A model generated the notes under the pieces. It was not told the origin of the DNA. It saw only the letters and a list, made by a program, of their open reading frames with translations, and did not search any database. A stretch of 64,000 nucleotides of DNA from Octopus vulgaris (Eukaryota): assembly GCA_951406725.2 (NCBI GenBank), contig OX597814.1:217992001-218056000 (forward strand). The letters are read 5' to 3'. Positions 26,244 through 37,902 of the stretch are shown here, piece by piece; position 1 is the first letter of the stretch, and the number at the start of each line of letters is the position of its first letter. The translations under genes and the position numbers were made by a program.

Positions 26244-27399
26244 TAACAAAAGATGAAGATATAAAATGCCCAAGTTGTTTGATCACTAATTCTTACACCT
26301 TGAGTTTAATTCTGCTACTATATTGGCTGTGATCCTTAAATTGTAATAATATAGTTAAATACTAATCATCATAGAATTAATCAAAATTAAAATCTAAATT
26401 ATACACACAGGAAATACTTTGTTTGGAAGTTGAGAAGGTGGAGGGTCTCCCATATATCTACCCTGTTATCATTATTAAAGTGCAGACATTCAATGAGTAA
26501 CGTTAACAGAAAACATAGATAGAATCTCTAAAAAATATTTGTGAATATGTTTTGAAGCTGAGACGTCATTAAAAAATATATTAATTAGTTGGTTGCAGTT
26601 AAAAGTCAAATCTGAAAATGAATCTCTCCTCAAAAGATATAACTGAAAAATGTTCGTTCCATGATTTCAACATTTACCCATCCCTCAACAATCACATCCT
26701 AAAGCAATTAATTTCATTGCTATCAACCTCTAGAGAATGAAGAATTAATACACCTTGAGAGCAATTACTGCATGGGAAAACGGACACTGAATTCATAACA
26801 GTAATAATAACAATGATGATGAAGATGATGATATCAAAATAAAATTGGGTGAATGTGAATTAGTGCCACACCCACTGGATTAGAGAAGCAGCACTTTGAA
26901 GACTTCATCTACATATTGTCTAATATAGGAAAAACCAGCTTTGCAAAGCACATCCTCCTTCAAGCGGCAATAAAAATGGAACCATCTGAATTCAGTGCTT
27001 GTAAGCAAAGTTAAACAGTCGCCAATATAACAACAGATCCCCTAAAAATTATTATCACCCTTGATGAAGCACTCCCAAGAAGAAATAATTACAACATATC
27101 TAAACTCATTTGGAAAACATTTGTATAAATTATAACTCATAATGACTTTTAAAACTGTTTCATAATGAGCCTGATAAAAGAGCAATCAAGAAAAGAAAAG
27201 CAAAAAAGTTGAGATAGTCAAACTCATTCTCAGATTTCAATGAAATTAACAGGAAATGACAAGAATATGGTTTCATTGTAATCAATACTTAATTGCACTA
27301 TTTACAAATATTTGAGATGGAAATGAAATAATCTATAATTGTGCTAACTGCTGGTTTTCATTCCCATTGCATATCTATGTAGATACATTCCTATTACAC

Positions 27400-27780
27400 T
27401 ATATGTGTGTGTATGTGTGTATGTGTACATGTATACATATATAAGTGTATATATATATATAAATGTATATATATATGTGTATATATATATATATAAATGT
27501 ATATATATATGTGTATATATATAAATATAAATGTGTATATATATAAATATAAATGTGTATATATATATATATGTTTATATATATATATATATGTGTATAT
27601 ATATATATGTGTATATATATATATATGTGTATATATATATATATGTGTATATATATATATATATGTGTATATATATACATATATGTGTATATATATATAC
27701 ACATATATATATATGTGTATATATATACACACATATATATATACACATATATATATTTATACACATATATATATATATAT

Positions 27781-27846
<66 letters not shown>

Positions 27847-27932
27847 ATATATATATGTGTATATATATATATGTGTATATATATATATGTGTATATATAT
27901 ACACATATATATATATATACATATATATATAT

Positions 27933-27982
<50 letters not shown>

Positions 27983-28008
27983 ATATATATATATATGTGT
28001 ATATATAT

Positions 28009-28065
<57 letters not shown>

Positions 28066-28171
28066 AATGTATATATATGTGTATATATATATAAATGTAT
28101 ATATATATGTGTATATATATATATATAAATGTACATATATATATATATATATTATATATATATATATATAT
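27400..28171. repeat. long interrupted (TA)n microsatellite
   Basis: Direct inspection. Confidence 0.97.
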
Positions 28172-28311
28172 GGCATTATCCAGCTGTAGAAACATGCCAG
28201 ATCTGACTGGCCAGGTGCAGCCTTCGGGCTTGCCAGACCCCAGTTGAACCGTCCAACCCATGCTAGCATGGAAAGCGGACGTTAAACGATGATGATGATG
28301 ATGATGATGAT
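28172..28311 (+). mobile_element. family B retroposon 3' end
   Basis: CCAGCTGTAGAAAC...GGACGTTAAACGATGATG. Confidence 0.85.
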
Positions 28312-28327
28312 ATATATATATATAAAT

Positions 28328-28587
28328 GTGTTCTTAAGCAAGGCACTTTATTTCACATTGCTCCAGTTCACTCAACTGTAGAAATGAGTTGCGACGTCAC
28401 AGGTGCCAAGCTGTATCGGCCTTTGTCTTCCCTTGGATAACACTGGTGGCGTGGAGAGGGGAGGCTGGTATGCATGGGCGACTGCTGGTCTTCCATAAAC
28501 AACCTTGCCCGGACTTGTGTCTAAGAGGGTAACTTTCTAGGTGCAATCCCATGGTCATTCATGACCGAAGGGGGTCTTTACCCTTTA
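28328..28587 (+). mobile_element. 5'-truncated SINE family E
   Basis: Central domain AGCAAGGCACTTTATTTCACATTGCTCCAGT.CACTCA.CTG shared with 43784-44099, but a different tail ending GGTCATTCATGACCGAAGGGGGTC(TTTACCC); sits in (TA)n. Confidence 0.7.
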
Positions 28588-28788
28588 AATGTATATATAT
28601 ATATAAGCGTATATATATATATATGTGTGTGTATATATATATATACATATATATATATATAAGTGTATATATATATACATATATATATATATAAGTGTAT
28701 ATATATATATAAAGTGTATATATATAAATGTATATATATATATATATATAAGCATATATATATATATAAGTGTATATATTTATTGCTC

Positions 28789-29275
28789 AGCTACTGGGAA
28801 AGGTTGAAATAGCTAAGACTCTACTCCCTAGAGAGAAGATGGGAGAGGTATGCAGTAATATATGTCTGGAAGATCCTGGAAGGAATTGTGCCAAATTTTG
28901 GTATTGACAGCTACACCAATGCCAGAACAGGACAACACTGCATAGTGCCAAAGATCCCAGCAACGCCATCGCGCTTCAGGACCAGTTACTGCAACAGCCT
29001 GGGTTTCAAGGGCCCACAGCTTTTTAATATTCTCCCAAAGAGTCTGAGGAACCTGCACAAAGTAGATGTAGGGGTTTTTAAATCAAAGCTGGACCTCTTC
29101 CTGTCAAGAGTCCCATATGAACCTACCTCACGGCAAGAGGTGCAAATGAGGGTAGCTACATCAAACTCCATTCTTCATCAAGTGCCACATATTGGAGGAG
29201 GCTCTTAGTAATAACAGTGTAGCACAAAACAGCGGTGCATCAGCATGGCCGCAGCTCTGAGCTGAAACTAGAGAA
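28789..29275 (+). mobile_element. 5'-truncated CR1-clade LINE (second family)
   Basis: SYWERLK*LRLYSLERRWERYAVIYVWKILEGIVPN...GPQLFNILPKSLRN...FKSKLDLFLSRVP; 3' UTR ends GCGGTGCATCAGCATGGCCGCAGCTCTGAGCTGAAAC. Confidence 0.88.
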
Positions 29276-29287
29276 GAAAAAATATAC

Positions 29288-29335
<48 letters not shown>

Positions 29336-29348
29336 ATATATATATATA

Positions 29349-29820
29349 TCATCATCATCATCATCATCATTTAACGTCCGCTTTCCATGCTAGCATGGGT
29401 TGGACGGTTCAACTGGGGTCTGGGGAGCCCGAAAGCTGCACCAGTCCAGTCAGATCTGGCAGTGTTTCTACAGCTGGATGCCCTTCCTAACGCCAACCAC
29501 TCCGAGAGTGTAGTGGGTGATTTTATGTGCCACCGACACAGGTGCCAGACGAGGCTGGCAAACGGCCACGCTCGGATGGTGTTTTTTATGTGCCACCGAC
29601 ACAGGTGCCAGACGAGGCTGGCAGACGGCCACGCTCGGATGGTGTTTTTATGTGCCACCGACACAGGTGCCAGATGAGGCTGGCAAACGGCCACGATCGG
29701 ATGGTGCTTGTCACGTGCCCACAGCACGGAGGCCAGTCGATGCGGTACTGGCTACGGCCACGTTCGGATGGTTTTCTTGTGTGCCACGTGCCACCGGCAC
29801 TGTACACAAAGATACAAATT

Positions 29821-29824
<4 letters not shown>
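29349..29824 (-). mobile_element. family B retroposon with about 4.5 tandem 62-bp units
   Basis: (CAT)n tail on the left, body, then TTTATGTGCCACCGACACAGGTGCCAGACGAGGCTGGC units. Confidence 0.9.
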
Positions 29825-29855
<31 letters not shown>

Positions 29856-30124
29856 CATATGTTTTGCACAGGAACAGGGAGAGGTCACCATATATAGTAT
29901 TATACACTGTATTTTATATAGTCACCATTATTGTTTTAATGACTTGTAGAGACAATACTACAAAGTATATTAAACATTTCTATAAGTCAATATTGTGTAC
30001 TACTGTGTTAGCAGTGCTCTTAGATCATGCAGAATTTCCATAGAAATTATAGCCAGTACTGAATTGTGTTATGTTTCATATCTGAGATGCTAGATGTAAA
30101 CAATAATTGAGATCAAAGATGAAA

Positions 30125-30187
30125 AAATGGGTAATGGGCACATATGCCTTATTTCGAGAGTTTTTGCTCCTTCATCAGCACCCATTT
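30125..30187 (-). ncRNA. decayed type I hammerhead-like motif
   Basis: AAAUGGGUG-CUGAUGA-AGGAG CAAAAA CUCUC-GAAA-UAAGGCAUAUGUGCCCAU-UACCCAUUU: 9-bp stem I and exact cores, but the cleavage triplet appears one base short. Confidence 0.5.
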
Positions 30188-31843
30188 AGAGATGTCCTTA
30201 ACATATATTGTTCTAATGTTGACTTTATTATTCTCATGATTCAGACAAAATTCATTGCTCTTCTTGACACCAGCTTCACCTGTTTCCAAGCAATCTAATA
30301 TTTTCCCCTAGTCAACAAAAGATTGCAAAAAAATAACACCATTTACATGATAGTGATGATTGTTTGGTTTGAAATTAGCCTGTGATGTGGCATTTTATAC
30401 TAAGAACACAGCTATCATTCAGTGTATGGGTGTACATTGAAAAACTTGAAGGTGGGACACACATTATATAGCTGAGAGAGGAGTGTGCACATTGTAAAAC
30501 AGGCCTAGGACAATGAATATCATGGCACCAGCTCTACTGGTGGCTTAAAAGTTACAAGACATCCAACTTTTACACTGGTTATTTGCAGACCAATACTAAT
30601 ATCTACACCAGTCATGTGCAGCCTGTGGCCCATAAGACATTTTGAATAGCCCGCCGAAATAAAATACACCAACTTTTTTTAGAGTGTGGCTCTCCTGATG
30701 ATGAGTCATGTTTCATGCAACCAGCTTCTCAGAAACAGTCACCCATGCCTGAGCTACACTGTCACTTCGATCAGTTAGAAATAGCAGCCAAATCTCTCAT
30801 AACTCATATTCTATTGCCTCGAAAAAAGGATAGAGTAACACTGGAGAAAGCAGTCCTAGATACATTGCCAGAAATAGAATGTTCACAGCAGGTACATATG
30901 TCTTTCATCACAGGATTGCTCATTCTGAGTTCACCTGGAAATAAACAACTGCAACTGTTGTGATTCAAGTAACTTAACTATAACCATTTCTGATGTAAAA
31001 GGGGAAATATTGAATTTAAATTCACATCAGATTATATATCAGAAATACCAACACTAAATGGATATAGATAAGTTATAGATGAAGCCAAGCTCAATGTTTC
31101 TGGATCAAAAACACTAATTAAAACAAACAGTAGAAGTTCATATTTTCTGTTTCTGCTTCTAATTGCTAAGTACCAGCCAGGTCCACTATTAAAACGAATT
31201 CTACACTTAGGTATTTTAACTATTCAACCCCAAAAAGATAATGAGTTTGTTGACAAGAAGCCATTACAAAAGTGCTGACTCAGCCTTCTTCAATTAAAGA
31301 TAGAATGAGTCTGAGTGTATTCTTTGGTTTTGTCTTGTTTTCATTTTTTCTTCTTTTTTTTTTTTTTTGTTTGAAGTGGAGATAATCCTGCCAAGATTCT
31401 GGTAATTTATCACCGAATAAAAAGATTGCAACAAGAGGGTAAATTATCAGAGCTAAGTTTTGTTAGTTACTATAATAAATATAAAATAGAAATGATGTAT
31501 CTTCACAAAATTGTGGTTTTATTCTCTATTTTTGGTTTGTTTCTTTGTTAATGCTTAGAATTGCAATTCAGAAGAAAACTTTTTCGAAACACTATACAGT
31601 AAGTGGCCTACATTCTATCTCATGAATATATTTAAAAATTATTTCTAAATAGAAATATATTTCTTTAACATTCAAGAGTTTGCTCAGTATATTTATTATA
31701 ACCAATGCTACTGGACATATCAGGAGAAACATTACAATTTACTTCTTCAGCAAGTGTTCAGAGTTTATCCAGTCATTCTTCGTTCCAGTTGCAACAATGT
31801 AAACAAGCATCCCATCATTCTTTGATGCACTTCAGACACTTAC

Positions 31844-31852
31844 GCTTGGAAG
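31844..31852 (-). other. candidate 9-nt microexon CTTCCAAGC
   Basis: TTCTTTTTGTTGCCTACATTTTTCCCAG|CTTCCAAGC|GTAAGT: strong acceptor containing UGC, consensus donor, length a multiple of 3. Confidence 0.55.
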
Positions 31853-31985
31853 CTGGGAAAAATGTAGGCAACAAAAAGAACTAAAAGTTATTTTTGAAAT
31901 TGTTTATGGAATAACACAAATTATCTTATGAACGAAATATCCTTGTCCAACAAATTGGTGACCCTCTTCTATATTTTTACATATA

Positions 31986-32150
31986 GGCACAGGAGTGGCT
32001 GTGTGGTAAGTAGCTTGCTAACCAACCACATGGTTCCTGGTTCAGTCCCACTGCGTGGCATCTTGGGCAAGTGTCTTCTGCTATAGCCCCGGGCCGACCA
32101 ATGCCTCGTGAGTGGATTTGGTAGACGGAAACTGAAAGAAGCCTGTCGTA

Positions 32151-32193
<43 letters not shown>

Positions 32194-32383
32194 TTGTTTG
32201 TCCCATTAGCATTGCTTGACAACCGATGCTGGTGTGTTTACGTCCCCGTCACTTAGTGGTTCGACAAAAAGAGACCGATAGAATAAGTACTGGGCTTACA
32301 AAAGAATAAGTCCCGGGGTCGATTTGCTCGACTAAAGGCGGTGCTCCAGCATGGCCGCAGTCAAATGACTGAAACAAGTAAAA
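31986..32383 (+). mobile_element. SINE family A, full length
   Basis: As 12389-12830. Confidence 0.92.
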
Positions 32384-32594
32384 ATGAGAAAAAAAAGAGA
32401 AAGAGATACCATCTGAAGCCTAAGCTGTGTGTATATATTTTATGATTTTGCTTAGGCATATGATACTAATAACTTGTTAGAACTAATTATACATATATAC
32501 TCCAGAATAAAGTGTTAGGCAAGTAGAGAGCATAACATAAATTAACTGAATTGCAATGGAACAGGAATTATGTGTGTGCATATATATGGGCATG

Positions 32595-33241
32595 TCAGGC
32601 AGCAGTATCTTTCATGGTGTACATGGGCGCCACAGATTTGGTTCCCGAAACGAAGAGAGAACAAGGCTACCGAACCTCTGTGATGCAAATAACCTATTGA
32701 TCTGCAACACCAACTTCAGGAAACCAGTCATCCACCTGATAACCTACCAATCAGGTGACTGTGCAAGCCAAATCGATTACATTCTTACCAGACAGCGGGA
32801 TACATGGTTGCTCTTAAATACAAAGACCCTCCCTGGTGAGGAATGTACCCACCAGCATAGACTAGTCATTAGTGACTTTAGACTCCAGGTCAGATGGATG
32901 CCAAGAAGCAAATCAATCTGGAAAAGAAGGATTTGGAAGCTTAAGGTCAGAGATTTAGGTACATCCTAATTGAGGAATTTGATGAGAGGGTGGAGGAGCT
33001 ACAGACTTGTGACATAGAGGGCAACTGGAAATTCCTGCAGGACAGCTTGCTGAGTGCCACAGACCAAATCTGCAGCTGGTGCAAAGTCCCATCCAGACCA
33101 TGGGTAACATGGTGGTGGAACGATGCTATAGACAGGGCCATTAGACCAAAGAAACAAGCCTGGAAGAGTGAGGGTAGCAGGGAACTATCAGGAGGATAGG
33201 AGACAGATATATATAGTCCAGGGAGAAACAGAAAAGAAGTT
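32595..33241 (+). mobile_element. RTE-clade LINE fragment (end of AP endonuclease plus linker)
   Basis: HGRHRFGSRNEE..LLICNTNFRK..LITYQSG..SQIDYILTR..PGEECTHQHRLVISD, then WWWNDAIDRAIRPKKQAWK. Confidence 0.9.
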
Positions 33242-33395
33242 CTCAGAGTGGTTGGCATTAGGAAGGGCATCCAGCCATAGAAGCCATACCAAATCAGACT
33301 GGAGCCTTGGTGCAGCCTTCCAGCTTGCCAGCCCCAGTCAAACCGTCCAACCCATGCCAGCATGGACAACAGACGTTCAATGATGATGACAATGA
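33242..33395 (+). mobile_element. family B retroposon 3' end, abutting the RTE fragment in the same orientation
   Basis: GAGTGGTTGGCATTAGGAAGGGCATCCAGCC...(GAT)n. Confidence 0.85.
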
Positions 33396-33419
33396 TATAT
33401 ATATATATATATATATATA

Positions 33420-33980
33420 GGCACAGGAGTGGCTGTGTGGTAAGTAGCTTGCTAACCAACCACATGGTTCCGGGTTCAGTCCCACTGCGTGGCATCTTGG
33501 GCAAGTGCCTTCTGCTATAGCCCCGGGCCAACCAATACCTTGTGAGTGGATTTGGTAGACAGAAACTGAAAGAAGCCTGTCGTATATATGTATATGTATA
33601 TATATGTGTGTGTATGTGTGTGTGTTTGTGTGTGTGTTTGTCCCCATAGCATTGCTTGACAACCGATGCTGGTGTGTTTACATCCCCGTTACTTAGCGGT
33701 TAGGCAAAAGAGACCGATAGAATAAGTACTGGGCTTACAAAGAATAAGTCCCGGGGTCGATTTGCTTGACTAAAGGCGGTGCTCCAGCATGGCCGCAGTC
33801 AAATGACTGAAACAAGTAAAAGAGTATAGCTATGACTGTATGGTAAGAAGCTTGTTTCTCAACCACATGGTTCTGGGTTCGGTCTCATGGCGTGGTACCT
33901 TGGGCAAGCGTCTTTTCCTATAGTCTTGGGCTGACCAAAGTATTGTAAATGTATTTTGTAGACAGAAACTGAAAGAACCC

Positions 33981-34037
<57 letters not shown>

Positions 34038-34235
34038 GGTGTCCCCCACCACTGCTTGACAGCTTGTGTTAGTGTGTTTATTCAGCAATTTGGCAGAAGA
34101 GACCAATAGAATAAGTAGTACCAGGCTTTAAAAAAAACAAAAAATAAGTACTGGGCTTGATTCATTCGATTAAAAATTCTTTGAGGCTGTGCCCCCAGCA
34201 TGGCCACAGTCTAATGACTGAAACACATAAAAGAT
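33420..34235 (+). mobile_element. two tandem SINE A copies (young 33420-33825; older about 33830-34235)
   Basis: Head, internal microsatellite and tail occur twice. Confidence 0.9.
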
Positions 34236-34748
34236 ACACACACACACACATCGCCATGATCCATACACAATATTAAAAAAAGTCAGATGAAAGAAAACCA
34301 ATTAAAGATGTCAGCAACTGAAGAGGTTTTAAACTCCTAAAATGCGGAATATATGAACTGGTTTTAATTTTTGTTTGAAGCCAATAACACTTTGCTTTTG
34401 ATCTTGGGAAAAGCACACACATTATAACTCATTTACCTCTTTCCCAGTCATCATCAGTCAGAGAAAGACATTTTCCCCTAATACACAATGACAATGTTGT
34501 AAGAAACTGCATCCCAAAACAGACTTGCTACTTTTGAAAAAGAAGAATGAAAAATCTAAACTATTCAGATCAACTAAATATAGAAAAGTTTCTAAGTCCA
34601 TTTTTAATTATCATAAAGTTTTATTTATTATAGGATTAGTTTTTCTTATCTTCATTATTTTATGTTACATAGTTTTTCTTTTGATACAGGCTTTTTTGAC
34701 ATAAAACAAATTCAATGTTTCTAGCAATAAGCAGCTAACTGTTAATCA

Positions 34749-34800
<52 letters not shown>

Positions 34801-34802
<2 letters not shown>

Positions 34803-35118
34803 TAGGTGAATGAATTATCCTATGTTTATCGTCAGCATGGAAAATTTGTTTAACCGAAACCTGAGCAGCAAATTTATGTCAGAAAACACGTTTGAAGCGA
34901 CAGCGATAATGTGATTATCGCTGTGATCACCATGTAGGCAATCATCGAAATTTTTGTTTGTCTTGTGGTTGAGAGAGGTTCCTTACCTTTCCTGATGAGA
35001 AGATTGCATAATGTACCTTTTATTCCTTCGGAATAAAAATAGGCTGCCTTCGAAACATATGTCGAGAGTAAAGGAATTTTGTTAACATCTTCGTTCGACT
35101 CCATTCTTTCATTCATTC
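34801..35118 (+). mobile_element. about 320-bp hammerhead-containing insert between (TA)n tracts (Penelope pseudo-LTR-like)
   Basis: CpG-richer unique sequence flanked on both sides by (TA)n; contains a hammerhead and an 11-bp hairpin at 34900-34924. Confidence 0.7.
34979..35076 (+). ncRNA. type I hammerhead ribozyme with enlarged stem II and minimal palindromic stem III
   Basis: Stem I UUCCUUACCUUUC/GAGAGUAAAGGAA; CUGAUGA (34992-34998); stem II GAAG/CUUC; GAAA (35052-35055); palindrome ACAUAUGU; GUC triplet, predicted cut after 35063. Confidence 0.82.
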
Positions 35119-35605
35119 ATATATATATATATATATATATATAAAGCAATAAATACCTTCCAACAATTACTTTTGTGCATTAGTTAACATTAAAGCTTCA
35201 CTGAATTATTAAAATTATTTTTATAGATTACATTTTGATTAAACTTAGTAAATCTCAATATCTGTTCAATCTGCAAATCCGAAAAGTATATGTAAAGATA
35301 TGCACCTGAAAAACTAACTGAAAAGTATTGTATTTTACTCTTCTAATTGCCAACAAGTATTTTACAGTAGAAATGAAATTTTGATCATTTATATTATTGA
35401 AAATTTCAATGAAGACTGCAAAGTATTTCCAAAACATGTGAGAGACAAATGCTGAAGCAGTAAACCGGTACTCAGGGTAGGGCAGAGCAAGATTTTGGTG
35501 AAGCATGGATTACTTCAGGAAGGAGAATAAGTAAATAATAAGTTAATAAAACTTGCAATAAAGTTTTAAAACTTATTTTGAATATATATAAATACACACA
35601 AGATA

Positions 35606-36122
35606 TCTATATATATAAAACTGTAGTTGTGTGAGTGTCTGTCCCCTTCGATTTAGATTCCTAACTACTCCCACATTTTGCGGTGCAGTTTAACCAAATT
35701 TGGGTATCTTATAGTCGTGATTTATATCGAGCCCGTCTGGCTATTAGCACGCGTCTACGATGAGTCTACGATTTTAAAAATAATTTAACATCATTTTTTA
35801 TTCCATTTTAATGCATAATTTTTCGTGTGTCGATGGCGGCGGAGTTGACGTCCACGCTCAAACACCTGCACCTGTGTTTGCTTCTCCCCCTTCTTCCCTC
35901 CCTCGTGAAGCTGTGGGGAAGGCAGTGTAAGGAAATCAACGTCGTAATGCGTTGTCAAGGAGACCAGCGTTCTTTTAGAACAACGACTTCATGGCTTGAA
36001 GACACCAAAACAGAAATGGCTAAGAAAGCCCGAATTGGCATCTATAAAGGAAGTAACTCTCTAAAAATGCTTATATAGTTATTTCCCTTACAAACCCGAG
36101 CAACGCCGGGCGATACTGCTAG
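35606..36122 (+). mobile_element. 517-bp non-autonomous Helitron
   Basis: A|TCTATATATATAAAAC...CCCGAGCAACGCCGGGCGATACTGCTAG|T; inverted copy of 23759-24275. Confidence 0.9.
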
Positions 36123-37515
36123 TGTTTTCGTAAAAGACTGGAAATAAAGGACAGCATTTGTATGACAGTGACACTCAGTTAACTATTATCATGCAATGTG
36201 AAAACAAAGAGACAGTACCGTGTGTGCGTACCCACCCACACAAAGTTTCCATCAAGCAAATGCACCCACAAGACTGGTTGGCTATGGGCCTTAGTTGAAG
36301 GCCCAAGGTGCCATGCTGTGAGGCTGAACCTGGCACTATGTGGTTAGGAAGCAAACTTCTTATCACAAAGCCACACCTGCAAGCATTAAGCCATTAAGAT
36401 ATGTTGAAATATAGTCGTTTATTCCATTTATCATTAAATGAAAATGTAAATCTGCAAAATTTATTAAAATAAGTAAATTCTAAATTTTCTACCGAATAAT
36501 TGGTCTCGCAGCTAGAATGGCAAATGCAGTGCTGAAAAGAATGCTAATGCAATCTACAGGATCAGATACACTAGGTCATAGGATTCTTTCCTTAGATGTG
36601 ATGCCTTCATCCTCACCTAATATAATAAACCACACTAAAACAAACAGGAGCAGAAATCTCTAGATAGTGTTGAAGGTCTCCACTTGCAGCATAGTAGTTA
36701 AGGAATCAACTTAGATTTACTATCTCGCTAATTTTCTATCTATATACAGGGTCCATATGGTGTGATTCTCTTAGCCAAAAATAAATTAGCTTTGTTATTA
36801 ATCCAGAAGATTATACACGTGTAATATTTTTTCTTCTTGGCCTTTGAAGCATAGAATTAGCTTATAATTTGATTATTTATAATAGGATCATTACACAATA
36901 AGATAAAATGTCAGAATAATGTAATACAAAAGTACTGGGAATAGTAAATGAAAACAAAAGGTTCAACTAGAGTGAAGTTGTAAAGTTAGCATATTTATAA
37001 ATATAAATTTTGTGGGAGAAAGCTACTCAATTACACTGAGCCTGATACGTGACTGGTACTTTATTTTATTGATTTCCAAATGATGAAAAGCAAAGTCAAT
37101 CTTAGTAGAACTGAACTCAGATCATAAAAACAGATGAAATACCACTAAGCATTTTGTCCAATAATAAAAGACTAGTCGTACTCCTAGAAGTTCCATGGTT
37201 ATTTTGAAAACTGTAAAATGGTTGGAAGTTTACAGAAAACTATGAAAGATATAATTTCTTCACTTTACATTAAAAAGTAAAGCAATCTTAACAATGGGAT
37301 GAAATCAAAGACATAAGCTATCTATAATATGATTCTGATGCTTTATGGCTACATTGGTAAAGCTTTAACAGATCCTAATACACTATATTACATCCTATTT
37401 TCTTATAAGAGAAAAGTTTCCATGTCTAGATTGAACCAGTGGTCTCAGTGAATGAAGTATAGTAGCTGTCCTATGTTGAAGATTCTAAAAAAATATCAGT
37501 AATATAGGTGCAAGT

Positions 37516-37902
37516 GGATGGAAGCACTCCGTCTGTTACGACGACGAGAGTTCCGGTTGATCCGAATCAACGGAACAGCCTGCTCGTGAAATTAACGTGT
37601 AAGTGGCTGAGCACTCCACAGACACGTGCACCCTTAACGTAGTTCTCGGGGATATTCAGCGTGACACAGAGAATGACAAGGCCGGCCCTTGAAATACAGG
37701 TACAACAGAAACAGGAAGTAAGAGTGAGAGAAAGTTGTGGTGAAAGAGTACAGCAGGGATCACCACCATCCCCTGCCGGAGCCTCGTGCAGCTTTAGGTG
37801 TTTTCGCTCAATAAACACTCACAACGCCCGGTCTGGGAATCGAAACCGCGATCCTACGACCGCGAGTCCGCTGCCCTAACCACTGGGCCATTGCGCCTCC
37901 AC
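37516..37902 (-). mobile_element. SINE family C, full length
   Basis: 21-bp TSD ATCAGTAATATAGGTGCAAGT (37495-37515 / 37903-37923). Confidence 0.95.
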
